DNA from: Torpedo marmorata
Lineage: Eukaryota
Direction: 5' to 3'
Length of the DNA: 64,000 nucleotides
NCBI GenBank assembly: GCA_977017645.1
Contig: OZ360254.1
Location: 30,318,001 to 30,382,000 of the forward strand
The first letter of the stretch is position 1. Every line of letters starts with the position of its first letter. The notes beneath the pieces are model-generated. The model was not told the origin of the DNA and did no database searches. It was given only the letters and a program-made list of their open reading frames with translations. A program made the translations under genes and the position numbers. Shown piece by piece: positions 26,193-38,389 of the stretch.

Positions 26193-26467
26193 TTCCCTCA
26201 CGCTCCCAGCCGTTTCTCTGTAGGTGTTAGAAGTTGAGTACGTGATAATCTTGCTGTTGAATGCACAACCCCTATGGTTGCAGGTAGGACCTGTGCCCAT
26301 TGCTTGGTCACAGTGGAGCTGTCAATCATGGACCCGCGCTATAGTCTGAGATGATGTAATTAAACAAACAGATGAGAAGGTTATTTTACTTTGTAAAGTC
26401 TTGGAACTTGTGTCGTGGCTGCAATTTGTTTTGCACTAATTTTAATTTCCCTTTTTTGTCTCTGCAG

Positions 26468-26517
26468 CTGCAATAAATCTGGCAAAATTGAAACTCTTCA
26501 GGCACTTTTATGTCATG
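26468..26517 (+). CDS. GPR108: GPR108 exon: AAINLAKLKLFRHFYVM
   Basis: tctgcAG / GTAAGT boundaries; NLAKLKLFRH motif. Confidence 0.93.
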
Positions 26518-27059
26518 GTAAGTCTATTTAGTGTGAGTTATCCCTCTTGTCTGAGGACCGTATAAAGCTGAATAGTTTCCAGCTACAGGCGCTGAACTTT
26601 AAAGCTAGATGTGCAGTCTTGAGATTTGGAGGAGTTGAGAGCAAAAGTAAAGTTTGGTGTTGAGTTTGGACTTGGCTTTCGACCTGCTGTTTCCGACACT
26701 GCAGAATGTGGTGATCTGTAACCTCAAGAATCAGCCCAAGGCCTGCATATCCTCGACCATTATCCATTACTCCACGATCACAGGTCAACCACTAGCTTGT
26801 CTAAGTTCCTGGCTGCTTTCACCATTCTATAACACAAGATCTGATGCAGCCATTTTGGCAAAATCTAACATCCAAGTCCCGTGGAGTTGAGGATTCCCGA
26901 TTTTCTAATTTATACAGGGAAATGTCTGGTTCCTTATCCTGAGCCTGTGTCTCTGATTCTAAGCTCTCCAACCAGGTGAGACTTAAAACACATATTAACG
27001 ACCAGTAATGGTAATTAATAACACTGGACAACAATTTTTTTTCAAAAGGTTTGCTTCTT

Positions 27060-27219
27060 TTTAAAAAAATTTTATTTAAAATTTTAAATCACAAAATAAA
27101 ATATGAAATTATCAAAATACTTATGATACATTTTCACACCCCTCCCTCCCTCCCCTCCCCAACCCTCCCAACCCCACTAATCTAATAAAATAATTTAAAA
27201 AAAGAAGAGAAAAGGATAA
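27060..27219 (-). mobile_element. Short 5'-truncated L1 3' UTR insertion
   Basis: Similar to 14930-15120; 16-bp TSD AAAAGGTTTGCTTCTT at 27044-27059 and 27220-27235. Confidence 0.88.
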
Positions 27220-27758
27220 AAAAGGTTTGCTTCTTGAAAAAACATTGCGATTATGATAGAAAACCAAGCTGAACAAAAGATAATTTCAGATTTGCTGTAT
27301 CACGTAGGAAGTTGGAGAAAGATTAAATCAACTTTTATTCAGTTGTGTTGGAGGAGTGACTGGTGCTTGGTGAGTAAGTTTTGGACTTGTAAATTTAGTT
27401 TAAAAAGGGCGCTTTTTCGGGCCTCGGTCTATTCAGTTGCGTTGGAGTGGGAGGAGTGACTGGTGCTTGGTGAGTAAGTTTTGGACTTGTAAATTTAGTT
27501 TAAAAAGGGCGCTTTTTCGGGCCTAGGGCTAGGTTAAGTGGTGATTAGTAGTAGTAAGAAATTGGGTATTTGAGTTAATTAGCAGTGACCTATAACAGGA
27601 AGGGAAGTTGAGGGAGCGGCCAGTGAGTGAGTGGCATAGGGAAGGAGTGGAGCACTGAGGCTTTGGCTCAAGAGGCTTCGGAGAGAAGAGGCTGAGGTAG
27701 TGCTACTGGTAAGGTTAAGTTTATTCCTATTTATTCTAGTTGTAGTTAAGAGGGGGTT

Positions 27759-28694
27759 ATGGACGCAGTTGGGTTAGTCATGTGTTCCGAATGCAGGATG
27801 TGGGAGGTCAAGGACATCACAAATGTTCATGATGACCACACCTGCAAAAGGTGCATCCAGATGCAACTCCTGCAAGACCATGTTAGGGAACTGGAGTTGC
27901 AGCTGGATGAACTTCGGATCATGAGGGAGGCAGAGGTAGTCATAGATGGGAGTTTCAGGGAGACAGTCACCCCAAATAGACAGGAGTCAGCTAACTGGGT
28001 GACTGTGAGGAAAGGGAAAGGGGGGAGACAGACAGTGCAGGGATCCCCTGTGGCCGTTCCCCTCAATAATAAGTATACTGTTTTGGATACTGTTGGGGGG
28101 GACAACCTACCAGGGACAAGTTGCGGGGGTCAGGTCTCTGGCACGGGGGATGGCCCCTCGGCTCAGAAGGGAAGGGGGGAAAAGAGGAGAGCTTTTGTAA
28201 TTGGGGACTCGCTGGTTAGAGGAACAGATAGGAGGTTTGCTGGACGAGATCGGAGCTCCCGGTTGGTATGTTGCCTTCCAGGTGCCAGGGTCAGGGATGT
28301 CTCTGATCGAGTACACAGCATTCTGGAGGGGGAGGGCGAGCAGCCAGGTGTCGTGGTCCACGTGGGGACCAATGACATTGAAAGAAATGGGGATGAGGTC
28401 CTGAAGGAATATAAGGAGTTAGGAAGGAAGTTAAAAAGCAGGACCTCGAGGGTGGTAATCTCAGGATTGCTGCCTGTGCCACGCGCTAGAGAGGGTAGGA
28501 ATAGGAAGGTGTGGAGGATGAATGCGTGGCTAAAGAGTTGGTGCTGGGGGCAGGGGTTCACATTTGTGGATCATTGGGATCTCTTCTGGGGAAGGTCTGA
28601 CCTGTTCAAAAGGGACGGGCTGCACTTGAACTGGAGGGGGACCAATATCCTGGCAGGCAGGTTTGCTAGAGCTGTTGGGGAGGGTTTACACTAG
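27759..28694 (+). CDS. CR1 ORF1p: zinc finger, leucine zipper, SGNH esterase (intact 311-aa frame)
   Basis: CSEC..CKRC, heptad leucines, VIGDS, HVGTND, DGLHLN. Confidence 0.88.
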   Translation: MDAVGLVMCSECRMWEVKDITNVHDDHTCKRCIQMQLLQDHVRELELQLDELRIMREAEVVIDGSFRETVTPNRQESANWVTVRKGKGGRQTVQGSPVAVPLNNKYTVLDTVGGDNLPGTSCGGQVSGTGDGPSAQKGRGEKRRAFVIGDSLVRGTDRRFAGRDRSSRLVCCLPGARVRDVSDRVHSILEGEGEQPGVVVHVGTNDIERNGDEVLKEYKELGRKLKSRTSRVVISGLLPVPRAREGRNRKVWRMNAWLKSWCWGQGFTFVDHWDLFWGRSDLFKRDGLHLNWRGTNILAGRFARAVGEGLH

Positions 28695-28829
28695 TTTAGC
28701 AGGGGGGTGGGAATCAGAATGAGAATGCGGAGAGTAGGGTAGAAGAACACCTAGATTTGAAGGAAGAGAGGAACCAGAATGTTAAAGTTAATGAAGGAGA
28801 GAGTAATCAAAGGAGAGTATGTGGGGGAC

Positions 28830-31643
28830 ATTCTCTCAAGTGTATATATTTCAATGCAAGGAGCATTGTAAGAAAGGTGGATGAGCTTAGAGTATGGATT
28901 GATACATGGAAATATGATATTGTAGCCATCAGTGAAACTTGGTTGCAGGAGGGGCATGATTGGCAGCTAAATATTCCTGGTTTCCGTTGTTTTAGGTGTG
29001 ATAGAACAGGGGGGATAAAAGGTGGAGGGGTCGCATTGCTTGTTAGAGAAACCATTACAGCGGTGCTCTGGCAGGATAGATTGGAGGGCTCGTCCAGTGA
29101 GGCTATTTGGGTGGAATTGAGGAATGGGAAAGGCATGAAAACACTAATGGGTGTGTATTATAGACCACCGAATGGGCAGAGGGAATTAGAGGAGAAAATT
29201 TGTAAGGAGATAGAATATATGTGTAATAAACATAAGGTGGTGATTATAGGTGATTTTAACTTTCCACATATTGACTGGGACGCCCATACTGTAATAGGGC
29301 TGGATGGGTTGGAGTTTGTCAAATGTGTTCAGGAAAGTTTTTTCTAAATCAATACATAGAAGAACCGACGAGAGAGGGGGCAGTATTGGATCTCCTATTT
29401 GGGAATGAGATAGGTCAGGTGACAGAGGTTTGTGTTGGGTAACACTTTGGGTCTAGTGATCATAATACCATTAGTTTTAGGTTGATAATGGAGAAGGATA
29501 GGGCTGGGCCTAAGGTTGAAATTCTTGATTGGAATAAGGCAAATTTCAAGGAGATGAGGAAGGATTTAGAGGTTGTGGATTGGGATAATTTATTTTTAGG
29601 AAAGGATGTCACAGATAAATGGAGGATATTCAAAGGGGAAATTTTGAGAGTACAGAGTCGGTTCGTCCCTGTGAGGATTAAAGGAAGAGCTAGAAAATAC
29701 AGGGAGCTTTGATTTTCAAAGGATATTGGGAATTTGGTTCGGAGGAAGAGGGATGTGTACAACAGGTATAGACAGCAGGGAATAGATGAGGCCCTTGAGG
29801 AATATAAGGAGTGTAAAAAAAATCTTAAAGAAATTAGAAAGGCTAAAAGGAGATATGAGGCTGCTTTGGCAGGCAAGGTAAAAAATAAATCCAAAGGGTT
29901 TCTACAGGTACATTAAAAGCAAAAGAATAGTGAGGGATAAAATTGGGCCCATTGAGGATCAGACGGATAGGCTATGTGAGAAGTCAGAGGAGATGGTGGA
30001 AATTTTAAATACATTTTTTTCTTCAGTATTTACAAAGGAAAGGAATATTGAGCCAGGTGAGGTAAGGAAATCTGGCAGTGAGGTCATGGATAATATAAAG
30101 ATTAATGAGGAGGTAGTATTGGCTATTTTAAAGAGTATAAAGATGGATAAATCTCCAGGTCCTGACAGGATATTCCCGAAGACCCTGAGGGAGGTTAGTG
30201 TACAAATAGTGGGGGCTCTGACAGAAATATTTAAAATGTCACTGGCCACGGGGGAGGTACCGGAGGATTGGAGGGTAGCTCATGTTGTCCCGCTGTTTAA
30301 GAAGGGCTCCAAAAGTAAACCTGGAAATTATAGGCCTATGAGTCTGACATCGGTGGTAGGTAAATTAATGGAGAGTGTTCTTAGAGATGGTGTATAGAGT
30401 TATTTGGAAAGACAAGCATTGATTAGGAGTAGTCAATACGGTTTTGTTCGTGGTAGATCATGTTTGAAAAATCTCATAGAGTTTTTCGATGAGGTTACTA
30501 AGAGGGTTGACGAGGGGAAGGCTGTGGATGTTGTCTGTATGGACTTTAGTAAGGCATTTGACAAGGTTCCGCATAAGAGGCTCGTTAGGAAGGTTCAAGC
30601 ATTAGGTATTAACGACGAAGTAGTGAAATGGATTCAACAATGGTTGGATAGGAGATGCCAGAGAGTAGTGGTGAAAAATTGTTTGTCAAATTGGAGGCCG
30701 GTGACTAGTGGAGTGCCTCAGGGATCGGTACTGGGTCCATTGTTGTTTGTCATATATATTAATGATCTAGATGATAGGGTGGTAAATTGGATTAGTAAAT
30801 ATGCAGATGATACGAAGATTTTTGGTGTTGTGGATAGTGAAGAGGGATATCAAAGCTTACAGGGGGATATAGGATAGTTAGAAGAGTGGGTGGAAACATG
30901 GCAGATGGAATTTAATACAAATAAATGTGAGGTGCTACATTTTGGTAGGATTAATCAGCAAAGGTCATACATGTTAAATGGAAGACAATTGAGAAGTGCA
31001 GTAGAACAGAGGGATTTAGGAATTCTGGTACATAATTCCCTGAAAGTTGAGTCACACGTAGATAGGGTGGTTAAGAAAGCATTTGGTATGTTGGTCTTCA
31101 TAAATCAGAGTATTGAATATAGGAGTTGGGATGTCATATTGAAGTTGTATAAGGCATTGGTGAGGCCAAATTTGGAATATTGTGCGCAGTTTTGGTCGCC
31201 GAATTACAGGAAGGATATAAACAGAATAGAGAGAGTGCAGAGGAGATTTACAAGAATGTTGCCTGGGTTTCTGGGTTTGAGTTACAGGGAAAGATTGAAC
31301 AGGCTGGGACTTTATTCCCTGGAGCGTAGAAGGTTGAGGGGTGATTTGATAGAGGTATTTAAAATTATGAAGGGGAAAGATAAGAGTCAATGTGGACAGG
31401 CTTTTTCCATTGAGAGTGGGGAAGATTCAAACAAGAGGGCATGGATTGAGATTGAAGGGGGAAAAGTTCAGAGGAAACATGAGGGGGAATTTCTTCACTC
31501 AGAAGGTGGTAGGAGGGTGGAACGAGTTTCCGGCCGAAGTGGTAGATGCAGGTTCAATTTTAATGTTTAAGGAAAAGTTGGATAGGTATATGGACGAGAG
31601 AGGTGTGGAGGGTTATGGGCCGGGTGCGGGTCAGTGGGACTAG
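28830..31643 (+). pseudogene. CR1 ORF2 (APE and RT) with several stops and frameshifts
   Basis: YFNARSI, ISETWL, GDFN, SPGPD, DFSKAFD, GVPQGSVLGP, YADD spread across several ORFs. Confidence 0.92.
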
Positions 31644-32357
31644 GTGGGAGAATGTGTTCGTCATGGACTAGAAGGGCCAAACTGGCCTGTTTTTGTGCTG
31701 TAAATGTTATATGGTTATATGGAATTTAGCATGTTTAATCGCATAATGATGCTGACACATTGCGTTAGTTCAACTGACCTAAAAATGTTTTGCTGCTGAT
31801 TTTCATTTGTACTCAGCATCTGATGCCTCTCGTGTCAGTGTCCAACAATAGTCGGCCAGCATTGATGGGTTCCAGTTGCCCTGGTACCGCTTTTCCATGG
31901 TCGCAATGTCCTGGTGAAACCTTTCACCATGTTTGTCACTGACTGCACCACGATCGGTAGGGAAGAAGTCCAAGTGCGAATGCAGAAAATGAATTTTCAA
32001 TGACATGTTGCACTTCATGGTTTTGTATGCTTGAAGTGGACTTAAGATATGATAGGAAATCACAAAAATAGGTTATATCTGAAAAACGGTACGCGATATG
32101 AAAAATTTTAAGGTGATTTTCATGATCAGCAGCCCAAAATCCATAAAATACACCCAAAAGTGTTCAGGAAGCAAAATCTTTGTTGTCCAGTGTTATCAAC
32201 TATAGCATTGAATGGTGGAACAGATGTGAAATGGCAATTATCTTAGCCTTGCTCCTTTTATATACCCCAGGTAGTGAGTATGCCAGACTAGTGAATGACA
32301 CCAGTATATATCAGAAATATATCAGTTCATGTTCTGCACAGTCAACCTTTTTAATAA

Positions 32358-32573
<216 letters not shown>

Positions 32574-33719
32574 TGAAACACGTTAGACTCCGATCCACCT
32601 CTCTCGGACCGTCCCTGAAGTGTAATTGTCTAAAACGACATCTGAAAGGAGAACTGCATGTGGAACAGAAAATACCGGAAGCAACAAGTTGGGCCCATTT
32701 ATGGAGAGAGAAGCTGATAATGTTTCGGATTCATTAGAACTGGGATAAATATTTTGGTGTAATCTGCTAGACCGGGGAGAGTCTTGAGAAACTGCAGATG
32801 CTGAGCAAACAATGAGTAGCTGGAGGAAGTCAGCGGGTCAGGCAGCGTCCGTGGAGAGAGATGGACAGGCAACATTTCAGGTTGGGGACCCCTTTTCAAG
32901 ACCAGACCTAGGGGAAGGTTTATTATTGCACAATCTGTTCTGAGCTTTAGCTCGTTTCATCCGTTTGTTTTTTCAGGCAAAACTTGCCTGTATAGAAATT
33001 GAGGCTTCACCTGCTGCAAATTCAATGTAAACTTGGTGCACTGATTATTTTAATGTGGGAGCCTATCTTGTTTCAAGTAAAGGTTTGGTCTTCTGAATGC
33101 AACCGGCCTTCTGGGGGAAAAGTTTTAAAGGGGACCTTTTAGGCAGGTTTTTCCATACAGAGGATAGGAACAAGCTGAGAGAGGAAGTGGTAGTCACTGG
33201 TACATTTATAACATTTAAAATACATTTGGACAGGTCGATGGATTGGAAAGGTGTCAAGTTTATTGTCATCTGATTGTACAAGTACAACCCAACGAAACAG
33301 CGTTCTCCGGTCCTCGGTGCAAAACATGCAGACACACAAACAATACACAAGTATTCATATGTACAAATAAATGGATAAATATTGTTTCGTGAATGTGAGA
33401 GTCTCGGACGGTTAGTGTGAGCAGTTCCTTTGGTCGTTCAGCATTCTCACTGCCCGTGGGAAGAAGCTGTTCCTCAGCCTGGTGGTGCTGGCTCTGATAC
33501 TCCTGTATCTCTTCCCCGACGGTGTGTGGGGTGAAAGGTTTAGCGGGATGTGGTAAAACACAGGCAAATGGGACCAGCTCAGAAAAACACTTTGGTCAGC
33601 ATGGAAAAGTTGGGCCGAAGGGGGTTTCTGTGCTGAATAACTTGGACTCTTCCGACTGCATAAAAGATAAGATTTTTGATTTGCACTCTGCTTTAAATAG
33701 CGCAGATTGGGCTGGTATA

Positions 33720-33970
33720 GGGCGGCACGGTTGGCGTAGTGGTTAGCGCAACGCCTTTGCAGCGCCAGCTATTGGGACCGGGGTTCGAATCCCGCGCTGT
33801 CTGTAAGGAGTTGGTACATTCTCCCAGTGTCTGCGTGGGTTTTCCCCGGGGGCTCCGGTTTCCTCCCACCGTTCGAAACGTACTGGGGATCGTAGGTTAA
33901 TTGGTGTAATTGGGCGGCACGGACTCGTGGGCCAAAATGGCATGTTACCGTGCTGTATGTCTAAATTTAA
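33720..33970 (+). mobile_element. Full-length V-SINE
   Basis: A box TGGCGTAGTGG, B box GGTTCGAATCC, V-domain and tail; further copies at about 35670-35895, 41450-41616, 44222-44405, 45335-45500, 46120-46348, 55768-55972, 59328-59528. Confidence 0.85.
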
Positions 33971-34050
33971 AACATTTTTTAAAAATTAAGCAGCAGCTGA
34001 TCCACTTTGTCTGTTTACAATTATTTTCTGAAGAAAAAAATTCTCTTTAG

Positions 34051-34173
<123 letters not shown>

Positions 34174-35109
34174 TGAGTACCTACCAAACCCACCTTGTCG
34201 TCGTTGCATCTCCCGACTCGCCTCGGTGAACACCTTCACCGCCAATTCCTCTGCGCCAACGTGGCAGGCTCCCGAGGACAATGCTTCAGCTGATCTGAGG
34301 GTATCTGACCCATCCAAGTAAAACCCCAGTCACCTGATGGTTCAGAAATTCCAACGGTTTGGTGTCCGACTTGCCCATTGGCCTGGATCTGGGGGTTCAG
34401 AGTTCTAGTGGGGTGCGAATCCAGAGCCAGCGATGGGTCGGGAACATGGGGAGGTTTGTGGCGGGTATCCTTCACTGGAATGTTTGTGTGCTTCCTGTAC
34501 CCTTTTAAATCTTTAACCAGTTCGCTACCACCGTAGAACTCATTTTTAAAAGTGAAATACAAATGTTTGGGTATTAGTAGGGATAACGTCCAGTGGTCTG
34601 TAAACTCTGCTGGTCCTTGCCCAGTCTGTGGGTGACCACTTGAAGAGCCACAGACTCAAGGCTATGGGTCAAGAGTTGGGAATTGGGATTTTTATTGGCT
34701 GGGTTAACTGGATAACTGAATGGCTTCCTTCTCTGCTGCAAGTTTCCATCCATCTCACTTCCTCATACATCTTGTCGAGGGAACACACTGCATTTGAGGC
34801 ATGGAGTACAGGAACAGGCCCTTAAGTCCAGAGTCAGCACCAACCATCAACCACCCACGCTCGGATTCCATCTTATTCTCCGCCCCCTACCCCCACTCAC
34901 CGACACAATAGGAACAAGTTACCCTGGCCAATTAACTCACCAACCTGTGCACCTGAGAGTTCTGAGGGAGCCCTCAATCGGTGTCTCACTTGAAAGACAA
35001 CAGCCTCACCAGTGCAAGCCTGGATTATCTGGTGCACTGAGCATCTGGTGTGGTGTACCAGTTTAACCTCTATTATCCGGCGCTCTGTGGTCCCGTGGTC
35101 CGGCACATT

Positions 35110-35380
35110 TTGAATCTGCCGCCATTAGTACAAACTCCTTACAGACAGCGCGGGACTCGAACCCCGGTCCCAATCGCTGGCGCTGTAAAAGTTGAATCTT
35201 CCGCCGTTAGTACAAACTCCTTACAGACAGCGCGGGACTCGAACCCCGGTCCCGATCACTGTAAAGGTTGAATCTGCCGCGATCGGGACTGGGGTTCGAG
35301 TCCCGCGCTGTCTGTAAGGAGTTTGTACTAATGTCCCGATCGCTAGCGCTGTAAAGGCGTTGCGCTAACCGCCCCGCCCC
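35110..35380. repeat. Rearranged SINE head: tandem duplication plus 51-bp inverted repeat
   Basis: Arms 35207-35257 and 35281-35331 are reverse complements with one mismatch. Confidence 0.88.
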
Positions 35381-35910
35381 ACAATATTATTTCCTGTTTT
35401 AAGCTTTGTTCTACCTTTGATATGTTTACATAGGGTGTTCCCTTAAGGGTCAATTTCTGTTTTCCGGCATTTTCTGTGGTTCGGCAATGGCCAGGTCCCG
35501 ACGTCGCCCGATTAAAGAGGTTCAACCTGTATCTATGCAGCTATGACAACAAATGGCAGCTTGTTCTATGATCATAAGAGAATACATCGCCTCGGCACGT
35601 GCTCCAAAGTTTGTACATTTTCTTGAGACTTGGACTGTGCCATCAATGACTTCTCCCAACATCTTGGTTAGTGGCACGGTTAGGGCGACGCTGTTACAGC
35701 ACCAGCGACCCAGGTTCGAATACGCCACTGTCCGTAGGGAGTTTGTACATTCTCCCCGTGTCTGCGTGGGTTTCCTCTGGGTGCTCGGGTTTCCTCCTGC
35801 ATTCTAAAGACGTACAGGGTTAGGTGGTTAATTGAGTGTATTTGGCGGCATGGACTGGAAGGGCCCGTAACCGTACTGTATCTCTAAAATTAAAATCTTG
35901 TCTTCACCAG

Positions 35911-35998
35911 ACTGACCGAATCGGGTTTGTTGGAAAGTGTAACGAAAATAAAAAAGACCAGCAACGGGCGTGAACAAATTCGAGATTCCTCCGTGTGA
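35911..35998 (+). CDS. GPR108: GPR108 last coding exon: LTESGLLESVTKIKKTSNGREQIRDSSV*
   Basis: cttcaccAG acceptor, phase consistent, TGA at 35996-35998; KKTSNGRE resembles GPR108 C-termini. Confidence 0.9.
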
Positions 35999-37452
35999 AT
36001 CCTGCCAATTTCGGATTGGTCAATTTCATGGCAATGAGCCATTGAACCTCCACATAGTCACTGCGAGAAAGAATCGGTAACTGAGTTCCCAGTGTATAAA
36101 ATGTGTTGGGCAATTACTGGCTCTTGTTGCAATTTGAGTTCGATAAACGTTAGAAAAAGCAAATAAAGTGGCTGATTGATCTGTACATATGTAATACATT
36201 ATAAGATATATCTTTCTATGATATTGTAGTGGGAAGTATTTTCTTTCTGAACCTTTATGACCAAACTCTTGGGATGTGGAGAATAGTCACAATGAACTTC
36301 ATTCACTGCTTGCAATGAGTTTCCTTTTGAGTTCGTCTGCTATCCTTCGGCAAAAAGGCCCCAGTGGTTTTTAACTGCAAGACCCTCCATTTTGTCAGCA
36401 GCACCTCGTGCAGTGTCCTAACACCCTCCTTCGCCTTTTGTCTGCATGACTTTGCATTTGAAGGATGGCTTGCTTCGGTTACTCGTTCCCCAAGCTAAAT
36501 TCACAGCTGAGACGCTTGTACAGAAACCATATCACAGCATGTAGACTTCATTTATTTTGGCCATCGTGCATCTGGTACCTGGGAGAAATTACTGGAGATT
36601 TTTAAGGGTTGCTTGCCTTTTAATAACCTTATTTTGATTGTAGTTGAATCTTATTTTTCAATGGATATGGGATTGGTGGAACACGCCACTTGAAATGGCT
36701 TGCCAAAGGGGTAAAAATCGCGTTCGAATCCCAGAAGCAGAGGTGAGACACCTATCTTCGTGCACAGGGCGAATTGTGACTGTTGCACTTGTTTTCTCCA
36801 AGCCTCTCAATTCTTGATTTCCAATAGTTTGTATAAAGAGGACTCGTTTTTTTAAAAATTTGTTGTGAATTTAGAACAGTTCAATGAGAACTTCTGATTT
36901 GTGTCCTTTCATCCAGCTGTTGAGATAGGAATTGTTAACTTGTATAAAAATTGATGTTTTAAAAAAAAATGGGGGTATAAATATTTATACAATTTTCTTA
37001 TGATCCTATGTAGAATTTGTATTAAAATTAGTGCTCAAATTATGGGGGATCTGTTCAAAACTTTTTTTTAATATTTATGTTCTATTGTGTTTCTTTCTGT
37101 TCTTCTGGCCTTTCTGAATGACCATTCTTGTGCAAGGTTAGACAGCAAGCAGCTGTTAACCATTTGCAAAAGAGCTTTTTGCAGCAGTATGCTTACGTAC
37201 AGACCAAGAAAACTGCCTTCTCTGGCTGGAGTGGTGGTATTTCCACACCTTGTGTCTTGTCCATGTAAGGTCCTATAACGTCCTTGTGGTTTGTTGCAAC
37301 TATTAATGCCACGGTGAGCATCAGAACCCATTTTAATTTATGGAGCCCCAAAATATTGAGTCGCCTGCTTGGTGTATTTATTTTCTTCATATAAATAAGT
37401 TTATGCTTTGATATGATTCAATGTTGCTGCAACGGAAGTTTAATTTTCAAGA

Positions 37453-37458
37453 AATAAA
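37453..37458 (+). promoter_or_regulatory. Candidate distal poly(A) signal of GPR108 (a proximal AATAAA lies at 36162-36167)
   Basis: AATAAA at the end of a repeat-free AT-rich stretch of about 1.45 kb after the stop, which looks like a 3' UTR; usage not demonstrated. Confidence 0.5.
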
Positions 37459-38389
37459 TTGTATAACTTTGGATCCGTACTCTGTCATTACTTCTGTGCG
37501 CTGAGGTAAGGACACCACTTCAAGACCAGGTAAGATGGGTGCAGAAGGTGTTTACCCAAAAAATCCTATTGAGTGTGACAAAGCTCCTGTCTTTGTAATG
37601 ATATTACTGAACTGTAGGCTAGGTAGGGATCAGATTATCTTCTCTGAACAGCATTGAGTGCAGTCACACCATTCCCCTTGCTTCATGTTTAGAAAGGGGT
37701 TTCATCCATGGGGCCAGCAGAATCAGGTGCCTGCTCAGAACCCGGTTTGCATCGATCTCTGAGCAACATTCACTTTGAGCAAAGGTTGCGGCAAATGCAA
37801 CTGCATGTACTGGATGAGAGGCTGTGGAGAAATCTGCCGGTACAGCATAAAAACCATTGGCTTGGGTAGTCAAGTTCTCTTACTCGTGGATGTGGGGTTT
37901 GTCTGTTTATCATTTCCACATCTGGATTTTTAAATAGTCTACACCACATGCTTTTATATTTTAATCACCTATTTAACTATAATATTAAAGTGTGCCTGCC
38001 CACATTGAAGTAGAAGCCCAGTTATAATCACAGGACCGGCTAGTATGAGATTGTGAGGTATTGTATATGGAGGTTAGAATTTGACCTAAACTTGGCACAT
38101 GATCTGTTCTCAGGTATGCAGGGAGAATATCGAGTGCCTAGATGAAGGTTGAGGTGAGGGTAGTTTTACTACATGTGGGTACAGAATAAATATAGGTCGG
38201 TTTCAACGAGACCACCATGCTTTTTCCAAACTCTCTGTATCCTCGTGCTTCACATTTGTCTCTTCAATTGGTTTATGCCACAATTTGCCACTCCTTCGTC
38301 TGTTATCCAAGTTGCTCTCAATCCCACCGTTGCAATAATCCACAGCTGGGTACTTCATGCACTGTCTCTGAAAATCCAGATATTTTACA

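Larger units (their letters stand above)
27340..31721 (+). mobile_element. Near-full-length CR1 LINE (HER1-like)
   Basis: 5' UTR with tandem repeat, ORF1, disrupted ORF2, 3' UTR ending (GTTATATG)n. Confidence 0.95.
27022..32192 (-). mobile_element. Chapaev3 (CMC) non-autonomous DNA transposon split by L1 and CR1 insertions
   Basis: TIR CACTGGACAACAA / TTGTTGTCCAGTG, TWA flanks (TAA/TTA); transposase remnant MSLKIHFLHSHLDFFP..GERFHQDI..RYQG..ADYCW at 31803-32063; the pieces join to match 59275-60081. Confidence 0.85.

Noticed and set aside
33720-33800. tRNA gene
   Set aside because: A and B boxes are present, but the sequence continues into the V-domain and tail of a multi-copy SINE; no proper acceptor stem or pol III terminator.
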